Below, in pieces: positions 50,701-58,612 of a stretch of DNA of 64,000 nucleotides. The stretch spans positions 32,001-96,000 of the forward strand of contig CAVTWJ010000018.1 in NCBI GenBank assembly GCA_963738405.1, read 5' to 3'. The DNA is from a candidate division FCPU426 bacterium (GTDB lineage: Bacteria > Oederibacteriota > Muellerivitia > Muellerivitales > Muellerivitaceae). Positions within the stretch are counted from its first letter, which is position 1; each line of letters opens with the position of its first letter. The notes beneath the pieces were generated by a model that saw only the letters and a program-made list of their open reading frames with translations, was not told the origin of the DNA and made no database searches. The position numbers and the translations under genes were made by a program.

Positions 50701-51048
50701 GTGAAGGAAGGCACCAAGATCCAAATGCCTCTTTATCTCTGGGCCTGCCGCACGCTTTATCCCCATCTGACCCCCGAACAAGCGGTCTATGAGTTCATCA
50801 CCGCCAAGGGCGGCTACGGTTCTACGCCCTTCGATGCCACCGATTGGAACAAGGTCGAGGAACCCCTGAAGGCTCTTTTGACAACGGCCTCGCAAGCAGT
50901 GGAGCGGGGCCTTTTCCCCGCGGCGGCCAAGGCTTGCGAGCGATGTGACTTTAGATTGCTCTGCGGGCCGGGCGCTGAAAAGCGGGGAGAACGGAAGAGG
51001 GAAGATATGAAGGTTGGGGATTATTACAAGCTAGAAGAATTATTGTGA
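47779..51048 (+). CDS. addB: AddB-like inactive helicase / Fe-S nuclease subunit
   Basis: LVLVPN, ARGVPFDVVVLPGLVE, SASRLETYATCP, GFMDRVD, VDYKSG, QMPLY, CERCDFRLLC. Confidence 0.85.
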   Translation: MSFSIYLGPYRPFLERSLFDEVKNLRQKDPLTPLVVLVPNRLLVRHLREALAQDQGKIFNIRFLTFHQYLLEATEGKWIQEGFRMLPESLVSWVLRETARGLKPALRSFKSVEETPGFHRTLQATLSELRQAGIDPADLKESSRKIGKDKTRKRLSEKWDEFSKILSAYEAWKRQEKWKDREDLYVDALTLPPPETPIWAYGFYDAPTLQKKVLLHLTAKPEIATSPNAPIGAAPRNDNKMENYWFIPYEDHPAFEYAKPFVEWAKEYGNVKGVGKYESEKKTPLGKLQNNIFKTEQPQGTPHPDPLPQGERAAGALKFEDSDVKILLCPGEPREMREVVRSITEEAQRQGSSFSQCGLILRQFDAYRREIVPAFDGQKIPIAKKPPVFLLETPEAKAFLLLLECFQNEFPRETLMNFLSSPNLDPSGFGLKSADWNPHLWDQASKEAGIVEGEGAWLDRLQDHLHEGSDPEGRDEESFSKEERETLKAFRNQVLHTLFQGRRLFEKEKNWVGKTRVLFDLVEKIFRPSEAKEQLKTLRRGVEILSKDSFTVEKDELASLLTGLMDEVSIPWEISGFGGVEVSDLMQARGVPFDVVVLPGLVEQGFPRVPRQDPLLLDEERRLLNGLLEGKAHIPEKSEGRLEEKLLFLLMARSAKKCLILTASHLHPGTGAPRVPSSYLHETLRAVTGQRQAEWGADSPYIKKVAVSDWIRDEGATRVDDLEEVLTRFQEARQGNPLPAQAYLEGKPFYQEAREMLQERQGKRRFTPYDGVFEDAKTIERLSQEHSLQHKPLSASRLETYATCPLRYFYRYVLGLKIHPEPERVFQLDPAEKGNLMHQVLEEVLSRGVKEGWLKERDQEKARKVLGEETQRIFKKFEKEGVPGSLALWQWSQLILTQDLERVLREVLEDPNWTPVDFEKAFGRPGQAEVAFTSPAGIFRLEGFMDRVDVKADGKHLRVVDYKSGSAIGFKKNSVKEGTKIQMPLYLWACRTLYPHLTPEQAVYEFITAKGGYGSTPFDATDWNKVEEPLKALLTTASQAVERGLFPAAAKACERCDFRLLCGPGAEKRGERKREDMKVGDYYKLEELL
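48442..48494 (-). repeat. 53-bp palindromic repeat translated in frame inside addB
   Basis: Reverse-complement copy of 25500-25552; encodes EIATSPNAPIGAAPRNDN. Confidence 0.9.
48680..48715 (+). repeat. CCCTCACCC-CCCTCTCCC..GGGAGAGGG REP-type element translated in frame inside addB
   Basis: CCCCTCACCCTGACCCTCTCCC-TCAAG-GGGAGAGGG; encodes PHPDPLPQGER. Confidence 0.8.
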
Positions 51049-51064
51049 AAGGAGTTATTGAGAT

Positions 51065-51595
51065 ATGAAATATTTTACAGGTGATATGTGGATGGGAGTT
51101 AATTCTTCAAATAAGAAGGTAATTAATAAAGCCGATTTAATGTGGAAAAGAAATATAAAAGCTTATTCAAAACAATTAGATGGATTAAGGAAACATTTAG
51201 GGAAAAGAAACTATGATTTTTTTAAAAATATTTCTTTGCACGATAGTTGTTTTATTTCATTCAAGTTCAACCAACGTGAAAGTGAAAGTGTTCAAAAGAT
51301 ATTAAGATCGCCATTTAATTTTCAAAAAAGAATAATTGAAATAATAACTATAGAAGCCGAAAAGAATCAGATAGTTAAATTGATTTATAAAAAAGTATTT
51401 TCTGTCTTTATGGATTTGCCTGAAAAAGCACCTTTATTCGATGACTCTGATTATTTGGGGGGATGGGGTTATGGAGAATTAACATTAGATAAAAAAGGCC
51501 ATCTTCAGCATGAAATACTTTTTAGCACTGGTGCGACGATTAAAATCGCCTTTGAAAATTTTGACTTTAAATATTTGTCAAAACCAAAGGTTTGA
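51065..51595 (+). CDS. Low-GC hypothetical protein (DUF4085-like)
   Basis: MKYFT, SLHDS, WGYGEL...QHEILFS; AGGAG RBS; visibly AT-rich. Confidence 0.6.
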   Translation: MKYFTGDMWMGVNSSNKKVINKADLMWKRNIKAYSKQLDGLRKHLGKRNYDFFKNISLHDSCFISFKFNQRESESVQKILRSPFNFQKRIIEIITIEAEKNQIVKLIYKKVFSVFMDLPEKAPLFDDSDYLGGWGYGELTLDKKGHLQHEILFSTGATIKIAFENFDFKYLSKPKV

Positions 51596-51647
51596 ACATC
51601 CATAACGTGGAGCTAGACCGAATGACTTGTAAATACTGGAAAACGAA

Positions 51648-54600
51648 ATGATCTCTGACCAATCAATCCGAACCCTAGTCACACATGACCACGAGACCCT
51701 CTTTGCAGTGGATGCGGGAGCGGGCACGGGTAAGACCACACAATTGGTCGCCCGGCTTATCGCCCTATTACTCGAAAAGAAGGTTCCTTTAAGCCGCATC
51801 GCGGCCATTACCTTCACTGAAAAAGCTGCCGCGGAGTTGGCCCAACGTCTGCGCTTTAAACTTGAGGAAGCTCTCCCAAAATATCCCGAACAGAAAGCCC
51901 TGATCCTGAAAGCCTTAGAGGACATGGAGCGGGCCCCCATTTCGACCATCCATTCCTTTTGCGCTGGGTTATTGAAGGACTACCCGGTTGAGGCCGGAGT
52001 AGACCCTCAATTTGCCCTGATGGATGAAGTTCAATCAGGCGCTTTCGAGACCCAGACCTGGGAACATTGGCTGAAAAAGAACCTTTCCCAACCCGTCGAG
52101 CCCCTCTTCCAGTTCCTCCGCCTGGGCGGGACCTTCGAGCATGTGGATGAATTGAAGCAGTTCCTCAAGCGAAACCGGACCCTTCTGAAAACCCCTGAAA
52201 AACAAGCTCTTCCTTCGGTTGAGCCATTCCGCAAGGAGTGGAAAGAATTCCTCATCTGGAGCAAACAAGCCGCGAAGGACTGTAAAGACCACAAAGACAA
52301 GTTGTATGAAGCCCTCGAAACCTTCTGGGCCGAGAGCCAGGTTCAGGAATCCTCGAAGCCGGAGGAAGCGGATTTTAACCTCGCTTTGTTGGATATCCCC
52401 AAGGTGAAAAGAACGGGCAATCAAAAGGCCTGGGATAAGGCGGTCTTGGACGAGATTCGCCTGCGTTTTGAGGGGCTCGCGGAAGACCACACTTCCGCCT
52501 TTGCGCCTTTCCGTGAAGCGGTGTTGTTGAACCTCATCCATTGGATTGGGGGTTACCTGACAGAATGGGAAACCCAGAAGGCTAAGAGCGGTTTCCTCGA
52601 TTTCGACGATCTACTTTTAAAAACACGGGACCTCTTGCGCGACCACCTGGACAGTCGGGAAGAGATCAAGAAACGGTTCGACACCCTCTTCGTGGACGAG
52701 TTTCAGGACACCGACCCTTTGCAGGTGGAGATCGTGTTTTTCCTCTGTGAGTTGCAGGGTCGCCATGAAAAGGATTGGAAAAAAGCTTCTCTTGAACCTG
52801 GAAAATTGTTTTTGGTAGGTGACCCCAAGCAAAGCATCTACCGGTTCCGGCGGGCGGATGTAGCCATCTATGAAGCCACCAAAGAACGCATTTTAGCCAA
52901 CGGGGGGAAGGTCGAGGTTCTGACCGAGAACTTCCGCACTGTGGGCGGGTTGGTGGAGTGGGTCAACGAGCGGTTCCTTCCTCAATTCGAAGGTTCGGGC
53001 ATCACCTATCGAGCCCTGAACGCCAGCCGGGAGAAAGGTAAGACAGAAGGCACGCTTCCCATTCTTTGGGGGCTGAAGGTCCCTGTGCCGGAGGGTTCGG
53101 AAGACACCAAGGCCTTTTACCGTCAGCAGGAAGCCGAGTGGGTGGCGGCCTATTTGAAAGACCAGATCCTTCAGGGTGGGTGGACCGTCGCGGACCCCAA
53201 AACGCATGAGCGGCGGGCCGTTCGGGCGGGGGATATCGCCCTGTTATTCCGGGACCTTTCCAATGACAACGAAGAATACTGGGAAGAGGCCCTGCGCAAG
53301 CGGGACCTGCCCTACCAGATCATCGGGGGCAAGAGGTTCTACAACCGGCCCGAGATTGTGGCCCTCTCCACTCTCCTCACTTGTCTTTCCTCGCCTGCGG
53401 ATGAGGCGGCCTGCGTGGCGGTTTTACGGGGACCCCTCTTTGGGTTCTCGGACGAAGAATTGTTCCTTCATCGTGCTGACAAGGGTTCTTTCCTGTTTCA
53501 AGAAGATGCGAAAGAAAAGATGGGAAAAGCCTTTAAGTGTTTACGGGATTGGTTCGACGCCACCCGCACGCTCGGCGTATCGGAAACCTTGAGCTACCTC
53601 TACGAACACACCAACCTCTTAGCCATCACCGCCGGGCAACCCCACGGGGAACAGCGGGTCGCCAACCTCATGAAGGTCTTAGACCAAGCGCGGAACCTTG
53701 AAACCACCCAGCATTTCACCTACCGGGCTTTCACCCAGTGGCTGACCACCCAGCAAGAAGAAGGAACCTTAGAGGGCGAGGCGCCGGGGCCCGATTCCTC
53801 CGAGGACCGCACCGGTGTCTTTTATGACACCGGTACCGACAAAACCAGCGCCTCGGCTGGTGGCCTCGGCGCAGATCGCATCACCCTCATGACCATTCAC
53901 AAGGCCAAGGGGTTGGAATTCCCCATCGTGTTCGTTTCCGCCTGGTCATCGGACCCCAAGGATTCGGGGAGCCTGGTGGACCGCAAGGCCATGGTGGGCG
54001 CTTTCAAAGTTGGCCGAGCCGACTTAGGCTTAAAGACCACAAATTACGATTCGGTCAAAGAAGATGAAGAGCTTCAACAACTAGCCGAAAACACCCGATT
54101 GCTCTATGTGGCGGCCACCCGTGCCCGGGACTGTCTTTTACTGCCCCATTTCCAAATGCCTCTCGAGTGCAAATTCCAAAACGAAAACCTTTTTGCGGGG
54201 CCCCTCTTGAAGGCCTTGGAAGAAAAGGACTCGCCAGTGCGGTCTGCGCCGAGGCCACCAGCCGAGGCGGAAGATTTGACGATACTGGCGTCAATAAAGA
54301 CGCCAGTGCGTTGGGCGGAACCGGATAGTATCAAAGAGTCGCTGGGCGACCCGGCCGTTTGGTCGGTGAAACTGAACGTGGACCCGAAAGACCCGGCGCT
54401 TAAGGCGGAAAAAGAAAAACTCGTTTCCGAAAATCAAAAACGCACAGGTCTGATCGAAAGGATGATGGGCAAGCGAACTTTTCAATCGGTTACTTCGGTC
54501 CTCGCTGTGGATGAAGATAAGAAAGGAACCGAAGAACGCATCTGGGAAGGGCCTGAGCCTTCTTCCCCCTGGGGTGGAAAGGAATTGGGTTCCTTCACCC

Positions 54601-55028
54601 ATCTACTTTTGGAAAAGGCCTGGGATTGGAAACCAGCCCAAATCCCTCAGGCCGCGGAATATTACGGTGAAAAGATGGGTCTTTCACCTGAACAAAGGGC
54701 GGAGGCGGCCCAGTGGGTCGAACAGACCCTTTTGAACCCTCTCATCCAAAGGGCTAAAAAATCCGAAAGGGCCTTCCGGGAATTGCCCCTTACGGGAAAA
54801 TATGAAGATGATTTTTTGAACGCGGTGCTCGACCTGGTCTTTTTGGAAGAAGGGAAATGGGTCATTGTGGATTACAAAACCGACCGGGACCCGAACAAGT
54901 TAGCCGAAAAATACGGGAAGCAATTAAAACATTACGCCAAGCTTTTGGAGCAGACCACCCAAATACCCGTCAAAGAAGCCCATCTCCTCTTTATCCGGGA
55001 GAATCGGGCCCAAGCTGTCCCCCTTTAA
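51648..55028 (+). CDS. addA: AddA-like UvrD helicase / RecB nuclease
   Basis: AGAGTGKT, ITFTEKAA, STIHSFC, VDEFQDT, VGDPKQSIYRFR, MTIHKAKGLEF, YVAATRA, DLV...IVDYKTD. Confidence 0.92.
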   Translation: MISDQSIRTLVTHDHETLFAVDAGAGTGKTTQLVARLIALLLEKKVPLSRIAAITFTEKAAAELAQRLRFKLEEALPKYPEQKALILKALEDMERAPISTIHSFCAGLLKDYPVEAGVDPQFALMDEVQSGAFETQTWEHWLKKNLSQPVEPLFQFLRLGGTFEHVDELKQFLKRNRTLLKTPEKQALPSVEPFRKEWKEFLIWSKQAAKDCKDHKDKLYEALETFWAESQVQESSKPEEADFNLALLDIPKVKRTGNQKAWDKAVLDEIRLRFEGLAEDHTSAFAPFREAVLLNLIHWIGGYLTEWETQKAKSGFLDFDDLLLKTRDLLRDHLDSREEIKKRFDTLFVDEFQDTDPLQVEIVFFLCELQGRHEKDWKKASLEPGKLFLVGDPKQSIYRFRRADVAIYEATKERILANGGKVEVLTENFRTVGGLVEWVNERFLPQFEGSGITYRALNASREKGKTEGTLPILWGLKVPVPEGSEDTKAFYRQQEAEWVAAYLKDQILQGGWTVADPKTHERRAVRAGDIALLFRDLSNDNEEYWEEALRKRDLPYQIIGGKRFYNRPEIVALSTLLTCLSSPADEAACVAVLRGPLFGFSDEELFLHRADKGSFLFQEDAKEKMGKAFKCLRDWFDATRTLGVSETLSYLYEHTNLLAITAGQPHGEQRVANLMKVLDQARNLETTQHFTYRAFTQWLTTQQEEGTLEGEAPGPDSSEDRTGVFYDTGTDKTSASAGGLGADRITLMTIHKAKGLEFPIVFVSAWSSDPKDSGSLVDRKAMVGAFKVGRADLGLKTTNYDSVKEDEELQQLAENTRLLYVAATRARDCLLLPHFQMPLECKFQNENLFAGPLLKALEEKDSPVRSAPRPPAEAEDLTILASIKTPVRWAEPDSIKESLGDPAVWSVKLNVDPKDPALKAEKEKLVSENQKRTGLIERMMGKRTFQSVTSVLAVDEDKKGTEERIWEGPEPSSPWGGKELGSFTHLLLEKAWDWKPAQIPQAAEYYGEKMGLSPEQRAEAAQWVEQTLLNPLIQRAKKSERAFRELPLTGKYEDDFLNAVLDLVFLEEGKWVIVDYKTDRDPNKLAEKYGKQLKHYAKLLEQTTQIPVKEAHLLFIRENRAQAVPL
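53808..53876 (+). repeat. 69-bp double-hairpin element in frame inside addA, copy 1
   Basis: 56/69 identical to the reverse complement of 54242-54310. Confidence 0.9.
54242..54310 (-). repeat. 69-bp double-hairpin element in frame inside addA, copy 2
   Basis: Direct repeat CGCCAGTGCG at 54232 and 54301, 69 bp apart. Confidence 0.9.
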
Positions 55029-57127
55029 CTTCCTAACCCCAACTGTCCCATTTCATATTTCAACCAGGCGTTTCCCGGGGAAAGCTTCTGGGCCTTTTGG
55101 AAAATCTTTTTAGCTTCCGCTTTTTCGCCTTCTACGGCCAAGAGCTTGCCGTATTTTTCACATAGAGTCGCATCCTGGTAGCTTTTCCCAAAAGATTGAT
55201 GGAATGTTTCCGAGAAATTATTCCAATTCGCCCAGTTATCCCCCGGGAAAAAAGTATTTTCCCAGGAAAAATTAAAAGCCAGTTTTTCGAAATAACAAGA
55301 TTGAAGAAAGGGGTCGGAAGGGATGGAGGGATAGGCCTGTAACATTTTTTCAAGGACCGCTTGGTGGGGTTTGCCGGTGGGGATATCCACCGATTCCAAA
55401 TTGATCTCCTGCTGAAACGTGTAATAACTTTTCCATCGCTCCAGGAAGGTCCTATTTACCGGAGTCACCGGTAAAATCCCGAGCGCGTGCCGGCTCAAGA
55501 CCCCGGGTTGAGGGGTCCCGCCGTTGATCCAACGGCAGTCAGGGAGAGCCTGGGATAAAAAGGGTAGATAGTGGGTTTCCGTAAAGACCGCCGCCCATTT
55601 CACGTCTTGTCCCAGACGCTGGTTCCAGGCCGCGTTGAAAGGGTAGGAACAATAGGCCAGCGAGTAATTTTGGGGGCTGGGAACCATATCCGAAAAGATC
55701 CAACCGGGTCCCTCCGCCCTCGCCAGGTTGTCCAGACTCCTATATCCGTCCCGGTACTCGCTGAAATCGACCTGGGCGGGATTCGGAAGAAATAACCGAT
55801 TGAGGTCCCAAACCGCCGAAGAACCCAGCACCACGACCAGCAGGAGGGGACGTAATCGGCCTGGCAGGGATAAGACCAAGGTTTCTATTCCCAAGGCCAA
55901 AAAGATCAGCAGAAGGGGTAACGCTAGGAGCATCCGGTGGGCTTCCAGGTCCCTGGATAAAAGGCCGGGCAGGAGGAAGATGGGAAAGGCAACCAAAAGA
56001 ATTTTGGATAGTAATTTAAAGCGCCCTCGGACCATTTCAACGAATCCCAAAAGGAAAGCCGATCCCAATAAGGCGTTTAATAGCCCCCCTTGGGGCGCCA
56101 ATTCCATCCCCGAGGTCCCGCCCCAAAAAATCGCCTGAAGATAACTGAAAGCGACCCGCGCCTGACCCCATAGGGTAAAAGAAGGATCATTCCAAGCCGC
56201 TACTTCATGCAAATGCCCGCCATAGCCCGTCCCAACCGCCGTGAGAAGAAAAGGAACCATTCCCCCCAAAAGAAAAATGAAAAAAAGTCCTCCGGCGGCC
56301 CACTCCGTTTTTTTCCAAAACCATCCGCCTGCCACCCCCAACCCAAATAGAGTTAATACGGGCCAAGCCATAAAGGTATAGGGCCCCAAGCCCAAGGCCA
56401 GCCCCAAGGCGCAGGCCCAAATTTTTCGGGAGGCGGGATTGGGGGACAAAGTCAAACGGCCGAACAGGTAAAGTACCCCCCATTCCCAAAAGGGAAGCAA
56501 AACCCCCGGTTCATCGCACCGGGAAAGAAGAAGGTCCCATAGGTTGAAAGCCGTTATAACCGCGAGGATTCCCGCGAGGGGCCTTGAAAAATAAAGGCGC
56601 GCGGCGGCATAGCTTAAAACCACGGTCAAAAACGAGACCAGGGCCGAGGGAATTTGGATTCCCAGAAGATTCGAACCCGTCAACCTTGCCGCGAAATAGA
56701 AAAGGTAACTGAGCGTGCTGGGAACCTGGCTTAGGATCACAAAAGGTTTCCATTGCCAATGGTCCATCCACTGGATGACCGACAGGGCCAAGAGGGAAGA
56801 GTCCCCTCCCGGCCAGCGGCTTAAGGAACCGATACCCCAAAATCTCACGAGGGCCGCGAACGTCAGGAGGAAAAACCAAACCCAGACTGGGAAGGAAGCG
56901 TTTTCGCCGGAACCCTTGGATCGAAGAAATGAACGATCCCTGGCCGGGGAAGAGGGGGATAAATAAATCAAAAGCAAGGGCAAGGCTAATCCTAAAAGAA
57001 GAATCCGGATTTTGGAGGGTGGGGAAAGCGGAGTCTGGGATAAAAGCGAAAGGCTGGCGGCCAGTATGATAAAACAAAGCCAAGCGGGAAATGGAATCGA
57101 CCGGGCTGTTATTTTGTTTTTTTTCAC
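55025..57127 (-). CDS. Polytopic GT-C (ArnT/PMT-like) glycosyltransferase with a C-terminal TPR-like helix pair
   Basis: LVRFWGIG..WPGGDS, many transmembrane helices, C-terminal YGKLLAVEGEKAEAKKIFQKAQKLSP. Confidence 0.65.
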   Translation of the reverse strand: MKKNKITARSIPFPAWLCFIILAASLSLLSQTPLSPPSKIRILLLGLALPLLLIYLSPSSPARDRSFLRSKGSGENASFPVWVWFFLLTFAALVRFWGIGSLSRWPGGDSSLLALSVIQWMDHWQWKPFVILSQVPSTLSYLFYFAARLTGSNLLGIQIPSALVSFLTVVLSYAAARLYFSRPLAGILAVITAFNLWDLLLSRCDEPGVLLPFWEWGVLYLFGRLTLSPNPASRKIWACALGLALGLGPYTFMAWPVLTLFGLGVAGGWFWKKTEWAAGGLFFIFLLGGMVPFLLTAVGTGYGGHLHEVAAWNDPSFTLWGQARVAFSYLQAIFWGGTSGMELAPQGGLLNALLGSAFLLGFVEMVRGRFKLLSKILLVAFPIFLLPGLLSRDLEAHRMLLALPLLLIFLALGIETLVLSLPGRLRPLLLVVVLGSSAVWDLNRLFLPNPAQVDFSEYRDGYRSLDNLARAEGPGWIFSDMVPSPQNYSLAYCSYPFNAAWNQRLGQDVKWAAVFTETHYLPFLSQALPDCRWINGGTPQPGVLSRHALGILPVTPVNRTFLERWKSYYTFQQEINLESVDIPTGKPHQAVLEKMLQAYPSIPSDPFLQSCYFEKLAFNFSWENTFFPGDNWANWNNFSETFHQSFGKSYQDATLCEKYGKLLAVEGEKAEAKKIFQKAQKLSPGNAWLKYEMGQLGLGS

Positions 57128-57271
57128 TCGTCACTTTTCCAGGGGGGATGATCGGGGTTAAAGAGAACCATTCGATTTTATCAACTCTTTCCCCGCGCCT
57201 TATCAGTTTCGTCCTAAATATTTTGTGTTATCCGCTTTTGTAATGGAAAGTCCGAACCCTAAAATAGAGCG

Positions 57272-58204
57272 ATGACCCATCCCCATTCCACGAACCATTC
57301 GCATCGATCCGAGACCCGTGAGCCAAGCGAGCGCATCCGCAAAACCCGAATGCTCTGGGCCATTGGGATTACCGGGGCCATCCTGATTTTAGAGGCGGTG
57401 GGAGGCGTGGTTTCGGGCTCGCTGGCCCTTCTTTCCGATGCCGGGCATATGCTGACCGACCTGGCGGCGCTTCTGATTTCCCTCGCCGCCATGATGATGG
57501 CCGAGTGGCCCGCCAGTTCCCAGCATACCTACGGGTGGGCCCGCCTGGAGGTCTTGGCGGCGCTGGGCAACTCCATTACTTTCTTCTTTATGGTCGCCGG
57601 GGTGGGATGGGAAGCCATCCACCGCCTCTCCCATGCCGTTCTCCCCGACTGGAAGACCATGGGGCTGATCGCCTTCATCGGGCTTTTGGCCAACGCACTT
57701 TCCGCCTGGTTCCTCCACGGCTCGGAGGAAGAAGATTTAAATATGCAAAGCGCCTGGATACACGTTCTGGGGGATTTGGCCTCCTCTGCCAGCGTTTTGA
57801 TTGGGGTGACGGTCATCGCCGAAACCGGATGGGTCTGGGTGGACCCGATCTTGAGTTTGGGGATCGCCCTTCTCATCGGCTGGAGCGCCATTAAGCTTTT
57901 CAGGAAGGCCCTGCGGATTCTTTTGGAATCGGCGCCCCATGGCATCGCGCCCGAAGCGCTCCGTGAGGATCTGTTGAAGGAAATCCCCGAAATCAAGGAA
58001 GTGCATCACGTGCATTTATGGGAAGTGGGTTCGGGGGAGATTCACTTGACGGCCCATTTGGTGGTGGAGGACCAAGCCTTGAGCCGGGTTCAGGAAATTA
58101 TCCGCAAAGCCTCCCACCGGCTGGAGGAACACCAAGGCATTAGGCATTCCACCCTTCAAATGGAAACGATGATCCGCGTACCCATCAAGGGCCCGGCCGA
58201 ATAG
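57272..58204 (+). CDS. Cation diffusion facilitator (CzcD/ZitB-like)
   Basis: SLALLSDAGHMLTD, TYGWARLE, LNMQSAWIHVLGD, HSTLQ. Confidence 0.92.
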   Translation: MTHPHSTNHSHRSETREPSERIRKTRMLWAIGITGAILILEAVGGVVSGSLALLSDAGHMLTDLAALLISLAAMMMAEWPASSQHTYGWARLEVLAALGNSITFFFMVAGVGWEAIHRLSHAVLPDWKTMGLIAFIGLLANALSAWFLHGSEEEDLNMQSAWIHVLGDLASSASVLIGVTVIAETGWVWVDPILSLGIALLIGWSAIKLFRKALRILLESAPHGIAPEALREDLLKEIPEIKEVHHVHLWEVGSGEIHLTAHLVVEDQALSRVQEIIRKASHRLEEHQGIRHSTLQMETMIRVPIKGPAE

Positions 58205-58214
58205 CCGTTTTTCC

Positions 58215-58577
58215 TCACCCGCCCCCCGTGCCGCTCAGCCATTCCTCCAATTGAACTTGAATGGCGGCCAGGCGTTTCACCCAGCGGTCGTGTAATTCAT
58301 CGGATAACAGATTCTTTTTCAAACAGAGGGACATGAGGGGCACGCATTCATGGGCAAGCCCTAAGGCTTCCTTGAGATGCCGCTGGGTCTTGAGGGCGCT
58401 GGAGGAGGCTTTGGCCCGTTGGACCTGCTCCGGGAGCTCGTGAATCTGCCGTTTCAGACGGGAGACGGCCTCGTTTTTAACGGCCCAGGGAAGATGCTGG
58501 TAAACCTTGTTGACCTCGCCCGCCAGGGCCTCGCATTGGGCCGGCAAGTCCAAATCCAGAAAATCGGAACGCGACAT
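58215..58577 (-). CDS. Divergent four-helix-bundle protein (IVP/Avd-like)
   Basis: Helix pattern F.DL......L...V.KV...LP......SRLKR....P...A......HL..A.G...E; GAGGAGG RBS. Confidence 0.55.
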   Translation of the reverse strand: MSRSDFLDLDLPAQCEALAGEVNKVYQHLPWAVKNEAVSRLKRQIHELPEQVQRAKASSSALKTQRHLKEALGLAHECVPLMSLCLKKNLLSDELHDRWVKRLAAIQVQLEEWLSGTGGG

Positions 58578-58612
58578 GCATCCTCCTCAATGGGGAAAGC
58601 CTCAAGACTATT

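Noticed and set aside
51596..51647. attC-like site after the AT-rich insert
   Set aside because: CATAAC is present, but there is no complementary GTTRRRY end or palindromic body, and no integrase.
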